From: an uncultured Pseudobdellovibrionaceae bacterium
GTDB lineage: Bacteria; Bdellovibrionota; Bdellovibrionia; Bdellovibrionales; UBA1609
Direction: 5' to 3'
DNA: 64,000 nt
Assembly (NCBI GenBank): GCA_964389375.1
Contig: CAYMDP010000007.1
Coordinates: 8,701-72,700 of the forward strand
Shown here: positions 54,064 through 62,789 of the stretch, one piece after another
Position numbering within the stretch: the stretch's first letter is position 1
How the letters are laid out: every line of letters starts with the position of its first letter
Notes under the pieces: model-generated
Databases searched by the model: none
What the model was told of the DNA's origin: nothing
Seen by the model: only the letters and a program-made list of their open reading frames with translations
Made by a program: the position numbers and the translations under genes

Positions 54064-54594
54064 ATGCGTTGGATAATGGTGTGCGCTGCTTTGTTTGTAA
54101 GTTCTTTCGCCTTTGCTCAAGAGCAAGACGAGGCCGGCGACGTCACGGGAGCCAATGTTGGCTATGAGGCGGGGATTCTTTTGGGCAACCTGCTGCCGAA
54201 TCAAATACCCGGAGTCACTGAAGTCACCGGGATGGGGGGAGTTCAGGCCGGCTATCGCTTATCTTCAGTCAGTTTTGTAGAAAGTCGTTTTATTGTGGGC
54301 AACGGCCACGGCGCAAATTGGAAGAATTTGGAGCTGTCGATTCGCTTTGATATTCCCATCGAGTCACTTGTTGCCCTTGTTTATCTAGGGGGAGATGCAG
54401 TGAATTACTCGGGCGTAGGTCAGGGAGACCGCATCGTTTTTGGTGGACACCTCGGTGGAGGGATTATGTCCCTTCTTGGGGGAGCGACTTGGTTTCGCGC
54501 AGATATGAAGTTTGCCTCAAGTCCGGGCACTTCTTTGTTTATCGGTTTTGCCTTGTTGTTTCGTTTTTCCGGTGGCGGTCAAGGCGGCGCCTGA
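54064..54594 (+). CDS. Small outer-membrane beta-barrel protein with a short Gly-rich tail
   Basis: Signal peptide from ATG 54064 (MRWIMVCAALFVSSFAFAQE). Gly-rich strands, then …GFALLFRF followed by SGGGQGGA. The stop TGA (54592-54594) lies inside the palindrome. Confidence 0.6.
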   Translation: MRWIMVCAALFVSSFAFAQEQDEAGDVTGANVGYEAGILLGNLLPNQIPGVTEVTGMGGVQAGYRLSSVSFVESRFIVGNGHGANWKNLELSIRFDIPIESLVALVYLGGDAVNYSGVGQGDRIVFGGHLGGGIMSLLGGATWFRADMKFASSPGTSLFIGFALLFRFSGGGQGGA

Positions 54595-54688
54595 GGTAAC
54601 AGTTCCCTTTTCCCGTCTCATCGCATCAGAAAGATTCTACAAATCTTTCTGATGCGATGAGACGGGAAAAGGGAACTGTTACCTCAGG
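54590..54688. repeat. Family-2 element, 'closed' copy: perfect 46-bp stem with a 7-nt loop. Likely bidirectional terminator between convergent genes.
   Basis: CCTGAGGTAACAGTTCCCTTTTCCCGTCTCATCGCATCAGAAAGAT-TCTACAA-exact reverse complement. It contains the TGA of the plus-strand gene and the TAA (54679-54681) plus the last two codons of nadB. Confidence 0.9.
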
Positions 54689-56265
54689 ATCGAATCGATT
54701 CCGAGTTCTGGATGAGTCTCTGGACAATCAATATTAAAGTGAATTCCTCTGGATTCTTTGCGCTTTAAGGCGCATTCCACGGTCAACTTCGCCACCAAAG
54801 CAATATTTCTTAGCTCTTCAATGTCAGGGTGAGTGCGAAAGTTAGAATAGTATTCTTTGATCTCACTCGAAATCACTTCTAGGCGATGTTTTGCTCGTTC
54901 AAGTCTTCTTTGGCTTCGGACAATTCCGACGTAGTTCCACATGAGGCGCCGAATCTCGTCCCACATATGAGTCACCACGATCAATTCGTCAGAGTCTTCT
55001 TTTTGATGCACGGGAGGAAGATCAAAGGTTTGGTCGACAAAGTTGTACTCCTCTAAGTGTGATAAAATCCATTCACTTGAATTGTGCGCGAAGACTAAAC
55101 ATTCTAATAAAGAATTTGAAGCCAAGCGATTTGCACCGTGAAGCCCTGTTAGTGCCGTTTCTCCGAGAGCAAAAAGTCCATGAATGTCTGTTTCTCCATT
55201 TGAGTTTGTGATCACTCCGCCACAGAGGTAGTGGGCAGCCGGAACCACGGGAATCGCTTGAGTCGAAATGTCTATTCCAAGCTCTTTACATTTTTTAAAG
55301 ATGACTGGGAAACGCTGCTGTAAAAATTCTCGAGAAAGATGAGTCATGTCCAAGTAAACACATTCTGCACCAGTCTTTTTCATTTCTGCATCGATGGATC
55401 GGGCAACGATGTCCCTAGGGGCAAGGCTTCCAAGTTTATGAGAGCTCTTCATAAAAGCTTCGCCTTGATCATTGATCAACTCGCCGCCTTCGCCGCGAAG
55501 TGCTTCCGAGATTAAGAAATTTCTGCTTTGTGGATGGTAAAGGCAGGTCGGGTGAAACTGCATAAATTCTAAATTTCCGACGCGAGCCCCGGCTCTGTAA
55601 GCCATCGCAATTCCATCTCCGGTTGCGCCACTCCAATTTGAAGTAAAGCGATAGACTTTTCCCGCTCCGCCAGTCGCAAGTATTGTCGTTCTTGCTTTCA
55701 CCGCATAGACATCGCGTTTTTGGCTGTCCATCAGGTAGGCGCCAAGGCAGCGGTTTTGTCCCACCGAAAAGGGAGCCAGATTTTGAGAAGTAATTAAGTC
55801 GATCGCAAATTGATTCTCGAGAATTTCAATATTCGGATGTTTTTTAATTTCTTCTAGCAGTCGAGAGTGAATCTCTTGCCCGGTATGATCGGCAAAATGC
55901 AAGATTCTTCGCATACTGTGGCCACCTTCGCGAGTCAGTGCGAAGGCCTTGTTTTGCGCTAAATCAAAACGCACACCCCAATTTACTAAATCTTGAATTC
56001 GGTCTGGTCCTTGTTCGACGACCATGCGCACGATTTGTTCTTGGCAAAGGCCCGCTCCTGCGACGAGGGTATCTTGGACATGTTTTTCAAGGCTATCCTC
56101 TTCGCTCATGACCGCGGCAATTCCGCCTTGAGCCATCGCCGTGTTCGTAACTTCAACGGGAGCCTTTGAGCAAATCAAAACGCGCCCTCGATGGGCGACC
56201 TTAAGGGCGAGGGCCAAGCCGGCAAGTCCGGATCCGATTACTAAAAAATCAACAGAGCTTTTCAT
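54679..56265 (-). CDS. nadB: L-aspartate oxidase
   Basis: FAD motif DFLVIGSGLAGLALA. The HYLCGGV and GANRLASNSLLE motifs. 528 aa, which fits NadB rather than SdhA. Confidence 0.88.
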   Translation of the reverse strand: MKSSVDFLVIGSGLAGLALALKVAHRGRVLICSKAPVEVTNTAMAQGGIAAVMSEEDSLEKHVQDTLVAGAGLCQEQIVRMVVEQGPDRIQDLVNWGVRFDLAQNKAFALTREGGHSMRRILHFADHTGQEIHSRLLEEIKKHPNIEILENQFAIDLITSQNLAPFSVGQNRCLGAYLMDSQKRDVYAVKARTTILATGGAGKVYRFTSNWSGATGDGIAMAYRAGARVGNLEFMQFHPTCLYHPQSRNFLISEALRGEGGELINDQGEAFMKSSHKLGSLAPRDIVARSIDAEMKKTGAECVYLDMTHLSREFLQQRFPVIFKKCKELGIDISTQAIPVVPAAHYLCGGVITNSNGETDIHGLFALGETALTGLHGANRLASNSLLECLVFAHNSSEWILSHLEEYNFVDQTFDLPPVHQKEDSDELIVVTHMWDEIRRLMWNYVGIVRSQRRLERAKHRLEVISSEIKEYYSNFRTHPDIEELRNIALVAKLTVECALKRKESRGIHFNIDCPETHPELGIDSILR

Positions 56266-56447
56266 TTGCGTGGAATCTACTCTGAGGGATCTCCTGGCGC
56301 CAGTTTCTGTTGAAGATCTTTAAGGGCGCAGCGCGTAAAGCGCCTCGACGAAACTCTGGTCCTTGCCTCTGGAAGCTTCCTAAAAATAGAATAAGATTAG
56401 CTAGTTAGTGCGGATTTTATCGCTGCAGCCAGGGAAGGTGAAAAAGC

Positions 56448-58466
56448 ATGCATAAAAAGCTCTTCGGGGCCCTGATGTTGGGTCTTGTGTTCTTAACGCT
56501 GATTCTTGGCGTCGGTTTTAACCTCATTTCGAGTCGTGCTCGAGTTCAAGATCGACTGTTAAGTCTTCAAACTGAAAATGCGAGCGTCTCTGAATTTATT
56601 CAGGCTCAGTCTGAACAGTTGGTCGCAGAATTAATTTCTGTGATTGTTTTGGATCAGGGAAAAAATCTTTCAGAAGCAGATCATTTTCTAAGATCCTCAT
56701 TTGTCGCAGCCTCTCAGTTAAGATTTGGAGCTGGACAGAGTTGGGTCATTGACTCAAGTTTTCTAAAACCGGGGCTGACAGCCCGGTGGCCTGCGGGCAG
56801 TCTTGAGCAAATGCTAAGTCAGCTTCCTTTGGCTCGGCTTGAAGCAGAGTCTCTTGTTTGGGCACGCCTTCAAGATCCACAAGGTCTGCCTCTTTTTGCG
56901 ATTCTTAGTAAAGCCCAAGATCCTCAGGGGCAGGATCGAATTGTTTGGGGACTTTTAAGTCCCACGGCCTGGAGCTCTTTGTCTCGAGTTTCGAAAATGA
57001 ATTTAGACGAATTTATTCTAGTGGATGATCGTGGCTTTGCTTATGCCTACACACAGCAACAGTATGTTGGGGCCTCTCTTGAGAATCACCCGGTCGTGGC
57101 TTCTGTTTTAAGAGACCGAAATTTATCAATACATGGAGCATTTAAAAACCTGCTGGATCAAAATATTTTGGTGGCTGGAAATAAAATTCCACAGACAAAT
57201 TTATTCTCGATTAGCGCAAGAACTTCTCCAAGCCCGCTTCCGGGACTTTGGTCTTTTATCGGACTCAGTTTGTTGGGGCTATTTGCAGCGGGACTGATCT
57301 CTTTTGTAGCAGCGAATATTCTTTTTGAGCCTTTTCAAAAAGCTTACGCTTATTTTCAGCAAAGCCTGATCGATCTTGCAATGGGGCGTCCTTTGCGAGC
57401 ACCTGATTTTTACGTTGCCGAGTTGTATGGGATGAAAGAGGTCATTGAAAAACTTCAAGGGGCTGAAATGGTTCAGTCACAAGAAGAGTCTAAACCCAAA
57501 GAAGATGGAAAGTTTGAGGCCTATCAGCAAGTCGGCACAGGTTTAGCTCAAGCTTTAAAGGGACCTTTGGCCGCAATTTTGGGGCATGCGCAACTTGCGC
57601 GCTCGAAGTCTGAAGAGGATTCACTGAAACAGCATTTCGTTGTGATTGAACGTGAAGCCCGAAAAGCCAGAGAAGCCGTCGAAAACCTTGCCAAAGTTGT
57701 GGCTGGCGATGAATCACAAAGTAAACGAGTTGAATTAAGAGAAATTCTTCTTTCAGTTTTGGCTCTATTTAAAATGGATATTGCTCAGAAGGGAATTAAG
57801 CTTTCTAAAGATTTACAAAGTGCCGCAAGTATTCAGGCGGATCCAGCTCAGCTTCGTGTCGCTTTAGAAGAGATTGTAAAAAACGCAGTTGAGGCTCTAG
57901 GTCCAAACGGCGAAAAAGAAATTGCGGTGAGTCTTGTCGAGGGCGAAGACAAGGTCATTCTTAAAATTAAGGATACCGGGGAGGGAATGAGCCCAGAGAT
58001 TTTAGCGAAGATCTTTGACCCCTTCTTTAGTGCGAAGTCGTCTGATGAGGCTTCGGGGATGGGCTTAACAGTCGCAAAAGGCGTCATACGCCAGGTGGGT
58101 GGAAAGATTCGAGTCGAGTCCGAGCCGGGACTAGGGACTGAGGTCAGTTTAGAGTTTCCTGTCTTAGGGCTTGCCAGTTCAAAACCTCGAGCCAAAGATT
58201 TATCCACAGAAACTTCGGTCCAGATTCCCATGACCGAAAAGATTGAAAAAAAGAAGTCGGCCGAGGCAGTTGATCTAAATAAACTTAAGCCTTTGGTTGG
58301 CAGTGAGGTGGATGAGCTTCCGGCGGCTCCAGGTCTTGATGAAATCACTTTAATTGGTGAAGTTCCGGGGCTTGCAGCTAGTCCGGTGTCAGAGGGCCAG
58401 GACGAGGGTGAAGTCGATGCAGATATCAGTGTGATTCGACGCCCTAAAGTGAGGTCGGATTCTTGA
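56448..58466 (+). CDS. Membrane sensor histidine kinase with a large periplasmic domain and an acidic C-terminal tail
   Basis: Two TM helices flank a roughly 250-aa loop. H-box LAAILGHAQLA, N-box EIVKNAVEA, G-boxes DTGEGM and GMGLTVAKG. Confidence 0.88.
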   Translation: MHKKLFGALMLGLVFLTLILGVGFNLISSRARVQDRLLSLQTENASVSEFIQAQSEQLVAELISVIVLDQGKNLSEADHFLRSSFVAASQLRFGAGQSWVIDSSFLKPGLTARWPAGSLEQMLSQLPLARLEAESLVWARLQDPQGLPLFAILSKAQDPQGQDRIVWGLLSPTAWSSLSRVSKMNLDEFILVDDRGFAYAYTQQQYVGASLENHPVVASVLRDRNLSIHGAFKNLLDQNILVAGNKIPQTNLFSISARTSPSPLPGLWSFIGLSLLGLFAAGLISFVAANILFEPFQKAYAYFQQSLIDLAMGRPLRAPDFYVAELYGMKEVIEKLQGAEMVQSQEESKPKEDGKFEAYQQVGTGLAQALKGPLAAILGHAQLARSKSEEDSLKQHFVVIEREARKAREAVENLAKVVAGDESQSKRVELREILLSVLALFKMDIAQKGIKLSKDLQSAASIQADPAQLRVALEEIVKNAVEALGPNGEKEIAVSLVEGEDKVILKIKDTGEGMSPEILAKIFDPFFSAKSSDEASGMGLTVAKGVIRQVGGKIRVESEPGLGTEVSLEFPVLGLASSKPRAKDLSTETSVQIPMTEKIEKKKSAEAVDLNKLKPLVGSEVDELPAAPGLDEITLIGEVPGLAASPVSEGQDEGEVDADISVIRRPKVRSDS

Positions 58467-60028
58467 AGATCCAGCATTATCGCTCTTCATTTATTATTCA
58501 TCTTATTGATACTCAACCTGAGCGATCATCTCCGGTGGCCGCAGTCTTAAGCTCGGTTGGCTATACTTGTTTTAGCTTTAAGACCATTCAAGATCTAAAA
58601 AAAGAAGTTGAGGTCAATGCACCTCACTTCGTCATTCTCAATTACGCAGATAGTGCAAATCCGATTTTGGATACGATTCACGACCTCAATTCGATTCTTC
58701 CAGAAACCCAAATTTTTCTGTTGTGCGAAAGAACGGATTTAGATCGCCCACAAATTCACCAGCTTATTGGGGATCAGGTTTACGATTATTTTGTGATGCC
58801 CTTAACCAACCCAGTCTTTTTGATTCGATCGGTGGATCGCGCCGCTGAATTAAACTATCAAATTTATTTCAACGAACAACTGAAGCTTCGTTTAAGCAAA
58901 CTTGAGACGGAATCCCAAGAGCAGTTTGTCGAAGAACTCGAGGACCAAGAGCCAAAGCATGAAGCGAGCCTCAAAAAAGCATCGCGGCCAATGGATGTTG
59001 ATGGTCAATCGCAGGTCTTAAGTGAAACTTCTGATAGCCTGAGGACTTACTTAGAAAATTTGTATCGCTGCAAGACCAATGAAGAGTGCATCGAACTTTT
59101 TTCCCGAACTTTAAATTTCGTAAATGGCCAAGCCCCTGTGGCTTATTTTCAATTTTTGGCGGGCCGGCGAATGCTCGTTGGGCGTCTGGGATTAAATGTA
59201 AAGCCAGAATCTATGCAGAATATCGGAATCGACCTGAATCGATCCGAAAAAAAGATTCGGACCGAAGAGTTAAGGCGTCCTGAAGAGATCGGATTGATTC
59301 GCGAAATGGCCCAGTCCATTTTTGGGGCCAGCCAGTATCATGTTTTGGTCGTCGATGTTTTTGAAGATATTTTGGGTTTAGTTTTTATCTTTCTGGATCC
59401 GAAGCTGTTAGATCGAGATTTCATGGGAGTGACCTACGCGGCTTTGATTCAAAGACTTGAATCTCTCATTATGGAGAAGCGGCTGCACTCGAATCGTTTG
59501 CTCGATCAGGCCACCGAGGTCTTGAATCAATTTACTTTTAAGCAAAAGATTGAAGAAGAGATCGCCCGCTCCAGAAGAACCAGCTATCCGGCCTCCTTGG
59601 TTGTTTTGTCATTGGATCATTTCGAAGAAATGGTCGAGAAGTTGGGTCAAGATGATTCCAAAACATTGCTTCGGATATTGGCAAAAATTTTCAAGAAGCA
59701 TAGTCGTCTTAACGATATTTTAGGACGCATTTCTGTGAATGAATTTGGCTTACTACTTCCGCATACGTCTAAGCGAGGTGCCATTATTAAGGCCGAAAGA
59801 CTGCGCCGTATTATCTCATCGGCAGATTTTTCGAAATTCATATCGGGACTTGGTCAAGTCACGGTCAGTGTGGCGGTCAGTGAGTATCCAACACTTTGTC
59901 ATGACGGAGACGAGCTGATTGCCTCAGCCAGATCCGTATTGGACATCTCTCGCCAGGAGGGCTCGAACCAGGTTGGTCTGGCCCGTGTCTCTGATGGCTT
60001 TGTCGCGGATTTTATCGCTCGGGAGTAA
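58463..60028 (+). CDS. Pseudo-receiver plus degenerate GGDEF protein (A-site SVNEF, I-site RLND intact)
   Basis: REC-like N-terminus with Asn at the phospho-acceptor position (FVILNY) and Met at the conserved Lys position (DYFVMP). C-terminal GGDEF fold (LVVLSLDHFEEM…RLNDILGRISVNEFGLLLP). The TTG start overlaps the kinase stop. Confidence 0.8.
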   Translation: MKIQHYRSSFIIHLIDTQPERSSPVAAVLSSVGYTCFSFKTIQDLKKEVEVNAPHFVILNYADSANPILDTIHDLNSILPETQIFLLCERTDLDRPQIHQLIGDQVYDYFVMPLTNPVFLIRSVDRAAELNYQIYFNEQLKLRLSKLETESQEQFVEELEDQEPKHEASLKKASRPMDVDGQSQVLSETSDSLRTYLENLYRCKTNEECIELFSRTLNFVNGQAPVAYFQFLAGRRMLVGRLGLNVKPESMQNIGIDLNRSEKKIRTEELRRPEEIGLIREMAQSIFGASQYHVLVVDVFEDILGLVFIFLDPKLLDRDFMGVTYAALIQRLESLIMEKRLHSNRLLDQATEVLNQFTFKQKIEEEIARSRRTSYPASLVVLSLDHFEEMVEKLGQDDSKTLLRILAKIFKKHSRLNDILGRISVNEFGLLLPHTSKRGAIIKAERLRRIISSADFSKFISGLGQVTVSVAVSEYPTLCHDGDELIASARSVLDISRQEGSNQVGLARVSDGFVADFIARE

Positions 60029-60036
60029 GAGTAAAA

Positions 60037-61176
60037 ATGCGAAATGCACAGGTGAATATTAATCTCGCACAGTTGCGCCTAAATCTAAGGCAGCTTAAAA
60101 GTCTGACTTCTGCGCAAAATTTTTTCTGTCCAATGGTTAAGGCCAATGCTTACGGTCATGGTGCCAAAGAAGTCGCTCGTTGTCTTGTCGCCGAAGGCGT
60201 CACATCGATTGGCGTGGCTCTACTTGAAGAAGCCTTAGAGTTGCGCTCGGATCCGGCTCTTCGCTCCGTTCAGATTTTAGTTTTTGCTTCCTTGTCGCCC
60301 AAAGATTTTGATTTGTACTTGAGTCAAAATCTAAGCCCAGTGGTTGGGAGGCTCCAGGATTTGGTCGCACTTTCTAAATTTGGAAAAGAATTTTCATTTC
60401 ATTTAAAACTTAACACGGGGATGTCTCGACTTGGACTTTCAATCGAGGAGCTAGAACAGGCCAAAAAGATTTTGCAGGCCTCTCCATTTTTAAATTTGGA
60501 ATATTTGTGTACTCATCTTCTTCATGGCGAAGATGCGGGAAATCCAAAGGGGCAGACGCAATCTCAATTAAAGCTTTTTGAAGAGGCGCGAGATTTTTTA
60601 TCGGTTCCCTCCAGCAAACAGCACGCCTTAAATAGTGCGGGTCTTCTGTCTTTGTGGAGTCATTCGCATCCGTCGATTTCTGATCTGGGCGTTCGCCCAG
60701 GGATTGCCCTCTACGGCTTGAGTCCAGAGATTGAGCATTTTAGCGAGAACTCAAGACTTAAAATGAATTCTGTCTCGTTGCATCCTATAATGTCTTTGGA
60801 AACTGAGATCAGCCATATGCGGAGAATTCGGACCGGTGAATCGGTTTCTTATGCTGCGCGATGGACAGCGAAAAGGGATTCAGTGATCGGGGTTATTCCT
60901 GTTGGTTATGGGGATGGAGTTCCGCGGAACTTGTCGAATCGAGGAGAAGTTTTGTTTGATGGGAAAAGAGTTCCTATTGTCGGAACAGTGACAATGGATT
61001 ACACGATGTTGGACTTAACCAATTGCGCCAGTTCTGATCCCGTCGGTCGACAGGTACAAGTTTTTGGTGGAGCGGGACCCTCTGCAAAAGAAGTCGGAGC
61101 TTGGGCCGGGACAATTGATTACGAAGTGGTCACGCGAATGACGGCACGTCTTCCGAGAGTTTATAAGGATACTTGA
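60037..61176 (+). CDS. alr: Alanine racemase
   Basis: PLP-Lys motif PMVKANAYGHGA. About 380 aa. C-terminal YEVVTR…RVPRVY. Confidence 0.9.
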   Translation: MRNAQVNINLAQLRLNLRQLKSLTSAQNFFCPMVKANAYGHGAKEVARCLVAEGVTSIGVALLEEALELRSDPALRSVQILVFASLSPKDFDLYLSQNLSPVVGRLQDLVALSKFGKEFSFHLKLNTGMSRLGLSIEELEQAKKILQASPFLNLEYLCTHLLHGEDAGNPKGQTQSQLKLFEEARDFLSVPSSKQHALNSAGLLSLWSHSHPSISDLGVRPGIALYGLSPEIEHFSENSRLKMNSVSLHPIMSLETEISHMRRIRTGESVSYAARWTAKRDSVIGVIPVGYGDGVPRNLSNRGEVLFDGKRVPIVGTVTMDYTMLDLTNCASSDPVGRQVQVFGGAGPSAKEVGAWAGTIDYEVVTRMTARLPRVYKDT

Positions 61177-62018
61177 TGCTAATGACTTGGTCCCAAAGAC
61201 GAGAAAAATTAAACCGCCTTTTAGACGAAGGTTTTTTGTCTTTGTGGAAAGCCATTTTCGACTTTTTTCACATGACCGGAAGTGCACTCATATTTGCCTA
61301 CGAGTCCGTTCAGCTTATATTCCGACGCCCTTATCGTTTTGATGAAGTCGTAAAGCATATGGAGTTCATCGGAAACAAATCGATTTTGATTATTATCTTA
61401 ACCGGGAGTTTTACCGGTCTTGCGATGTCTTATCAGATCTATTTGGGATTTAAGCTAGTCAATGCGACAAATCTTGTTGGTCCAACTGTGGCTCTGGGAA
61501 TCACTCGGGAGTTGGGTCCCGTTTTGACCGGGCTTATTGTCGCCGCAAGGGCTGGCGGCGCCATGGCCGCACGTCTTGGAACCATGCGAGTCTCTGAACA
61601 GATCGATGCCCTTGAGGTGATGGGAATCAATCCGCGCCAATTTTTAATTGCCCCACGAATTCTTGCGGCGGTCGTCACCATGCCTTTGCTTTGTGGAGTT
61701 TTTGATTTTATCGCGATGGTGGGAGCCCACGTTCTTTGTATTCATATGCTTGGAATCGACCAGGCGATATTTTGGGACAAGATCCAGGTGTGGATTAATC
61801 CTCGGGATATTAACGAAGGTTTAATAAAGGCTGCAGTTTTTGGAATGACCTTTGCGACGATTTGTACCCACATGGGCTTTACCGCAAAAGGTGGCGCCAA
61901 AGGGGTTGGTGAAGCCACCAATCGAGGGGTCGTCAACAGCATGGTCCTAATTATTATCTTAAACTTTTTTATGACGAACTTGATTCGACTTTTTTACGTA
62001 TTGTCGGGGATCAAATAG
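61176..62018 (+). CDS. mlaE: MlaE-family ABC transporter permease
   Basis: Typical RELGPVLTGLIVAARAGGAMAARLGTMRVSEQIDALEVMGINP segment. The ATG overlaps the alr stop by 1 nt; the tracked TTG start is at 61173. Confidence 0.88.
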   Translation: MLMTWSQRREKLNRLLDEGFLSLWKAIFDFFHMTGSALIFAYESVQLIFRRPYRFDEVVKHMEFIGNKSILIIILTGSFTGLAMSYQIYLGFKLVNATNLVGPTVALGITRELGPVLTGLIVAARAGGAMAARLGTMRVSEQIDALEVMGINPRQFLIAPRILAAVVTMPLLCGVFDFIAMVGAHVLCIHMLGIDQAIFWDKIQVWINPRDINEGLIKAAVFGMTFATICTHMGFTAKGGAKGVGEATNRGVVNSMVLIIILNFFMTNLIRLFYVLSGIK

Positions 62019-62789
62019 ATGTCTGGATTAGGCCTTCAAAATGCGATCGAGATTCGCGACCTGCGAAAGACCTTCGACGGAAAGGATTTTATTTTAAATG
62101 GGATCAGCTTAGAAATCCCTAAGGGTAAAATCACTGTGATTATTGGATTTAGTGGGACAGGAAAAAGTGTTCTTTTAAAACATATCCTAGGGCTTGTGAA
62201 ACCCACCTCGGGCTTGATTCAAGTCCTTGGTCGAGACCTATGGACCATGACTGAAGAAGAGTTGATGCGCTTTCGCTGCAAACTGGGTGTTTTATTTCAG
62301 TACGCGGCTTTATTTGACGATATGTCTGCGTTAGAGAATGTGTGTTTCCCTTTGCGTGAACATCGGCGGGAGCTTAGCGTGGACGACATCTTGGATATCG
62401 CGTCGGAAAAGCTTAGGATTTCGGGTCTTGAGGACAAGCACCATCACAAGCTTCCTTCAGAACTGAGCGGTGGGATGCGAAAACGAGTCGGTTTGGCCCG
62501 AGCCCTAGCCTTGGACCCGGAAGTCCTGCTTTATGATGAGCCAACCACGGGTCTTGACCCAATCTTGACAGAGATGGTCGATAATTTAATTCATGACACC
62601 CATGCCCATCATCCCGGTTCGACCTCGGTTATTGTCTCTCATGACATGTTTGCAGCCTTTAACCTTGGCGAACACCTGATCATGTTAGATAAGGGTCGGG
62701 TTTTATTGTCGGGAACAACCGAGACCTTTTTGAACTCGAACAATGAGCTGATTCAAAGGTTTTTAGCTAAAGGATTTAAGAAGGCATGA
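62019..62789 (+). CDS. mlaF: MlaF-family ABC transporter ATP-binding protein
   Basis: Walker A GFSGTGKS, signature LSGGMRKRVGLARAL, Walker B LLYDEPT. Confidence 0.9.
   Translation: MSGLGLQNAIEIRDLRKTFDGKDFILNGISLEIPKGKITVIIGFSGTGKSVLLKHILGLVKPTSGLIQVLGRDLWTMTEEELMRFRCKLGVLFQYAALFDDMSALENVCFPLREHRRELSVDDILDIASEKLRISGLEDKHHHKLPSELSGGMRKRVGLARALALDPEVLLYDEPTTGLDPILTEMVDNLIHDTHAHHPGSTSVIVSHDMFAAFNLGEHLIMLDKGRVLLSGTTETFLNSNNELIQRFLAKGFKKA

Noticed and set aside
57848-58477. 209-aa ORF antisense to the histidine kinase gene.
   Set aside because: It lies entirely inside a well-supported kinase CDS on the other strand. It has a low-complexity Ser/Pro/Thr composition typical of antisense frames.
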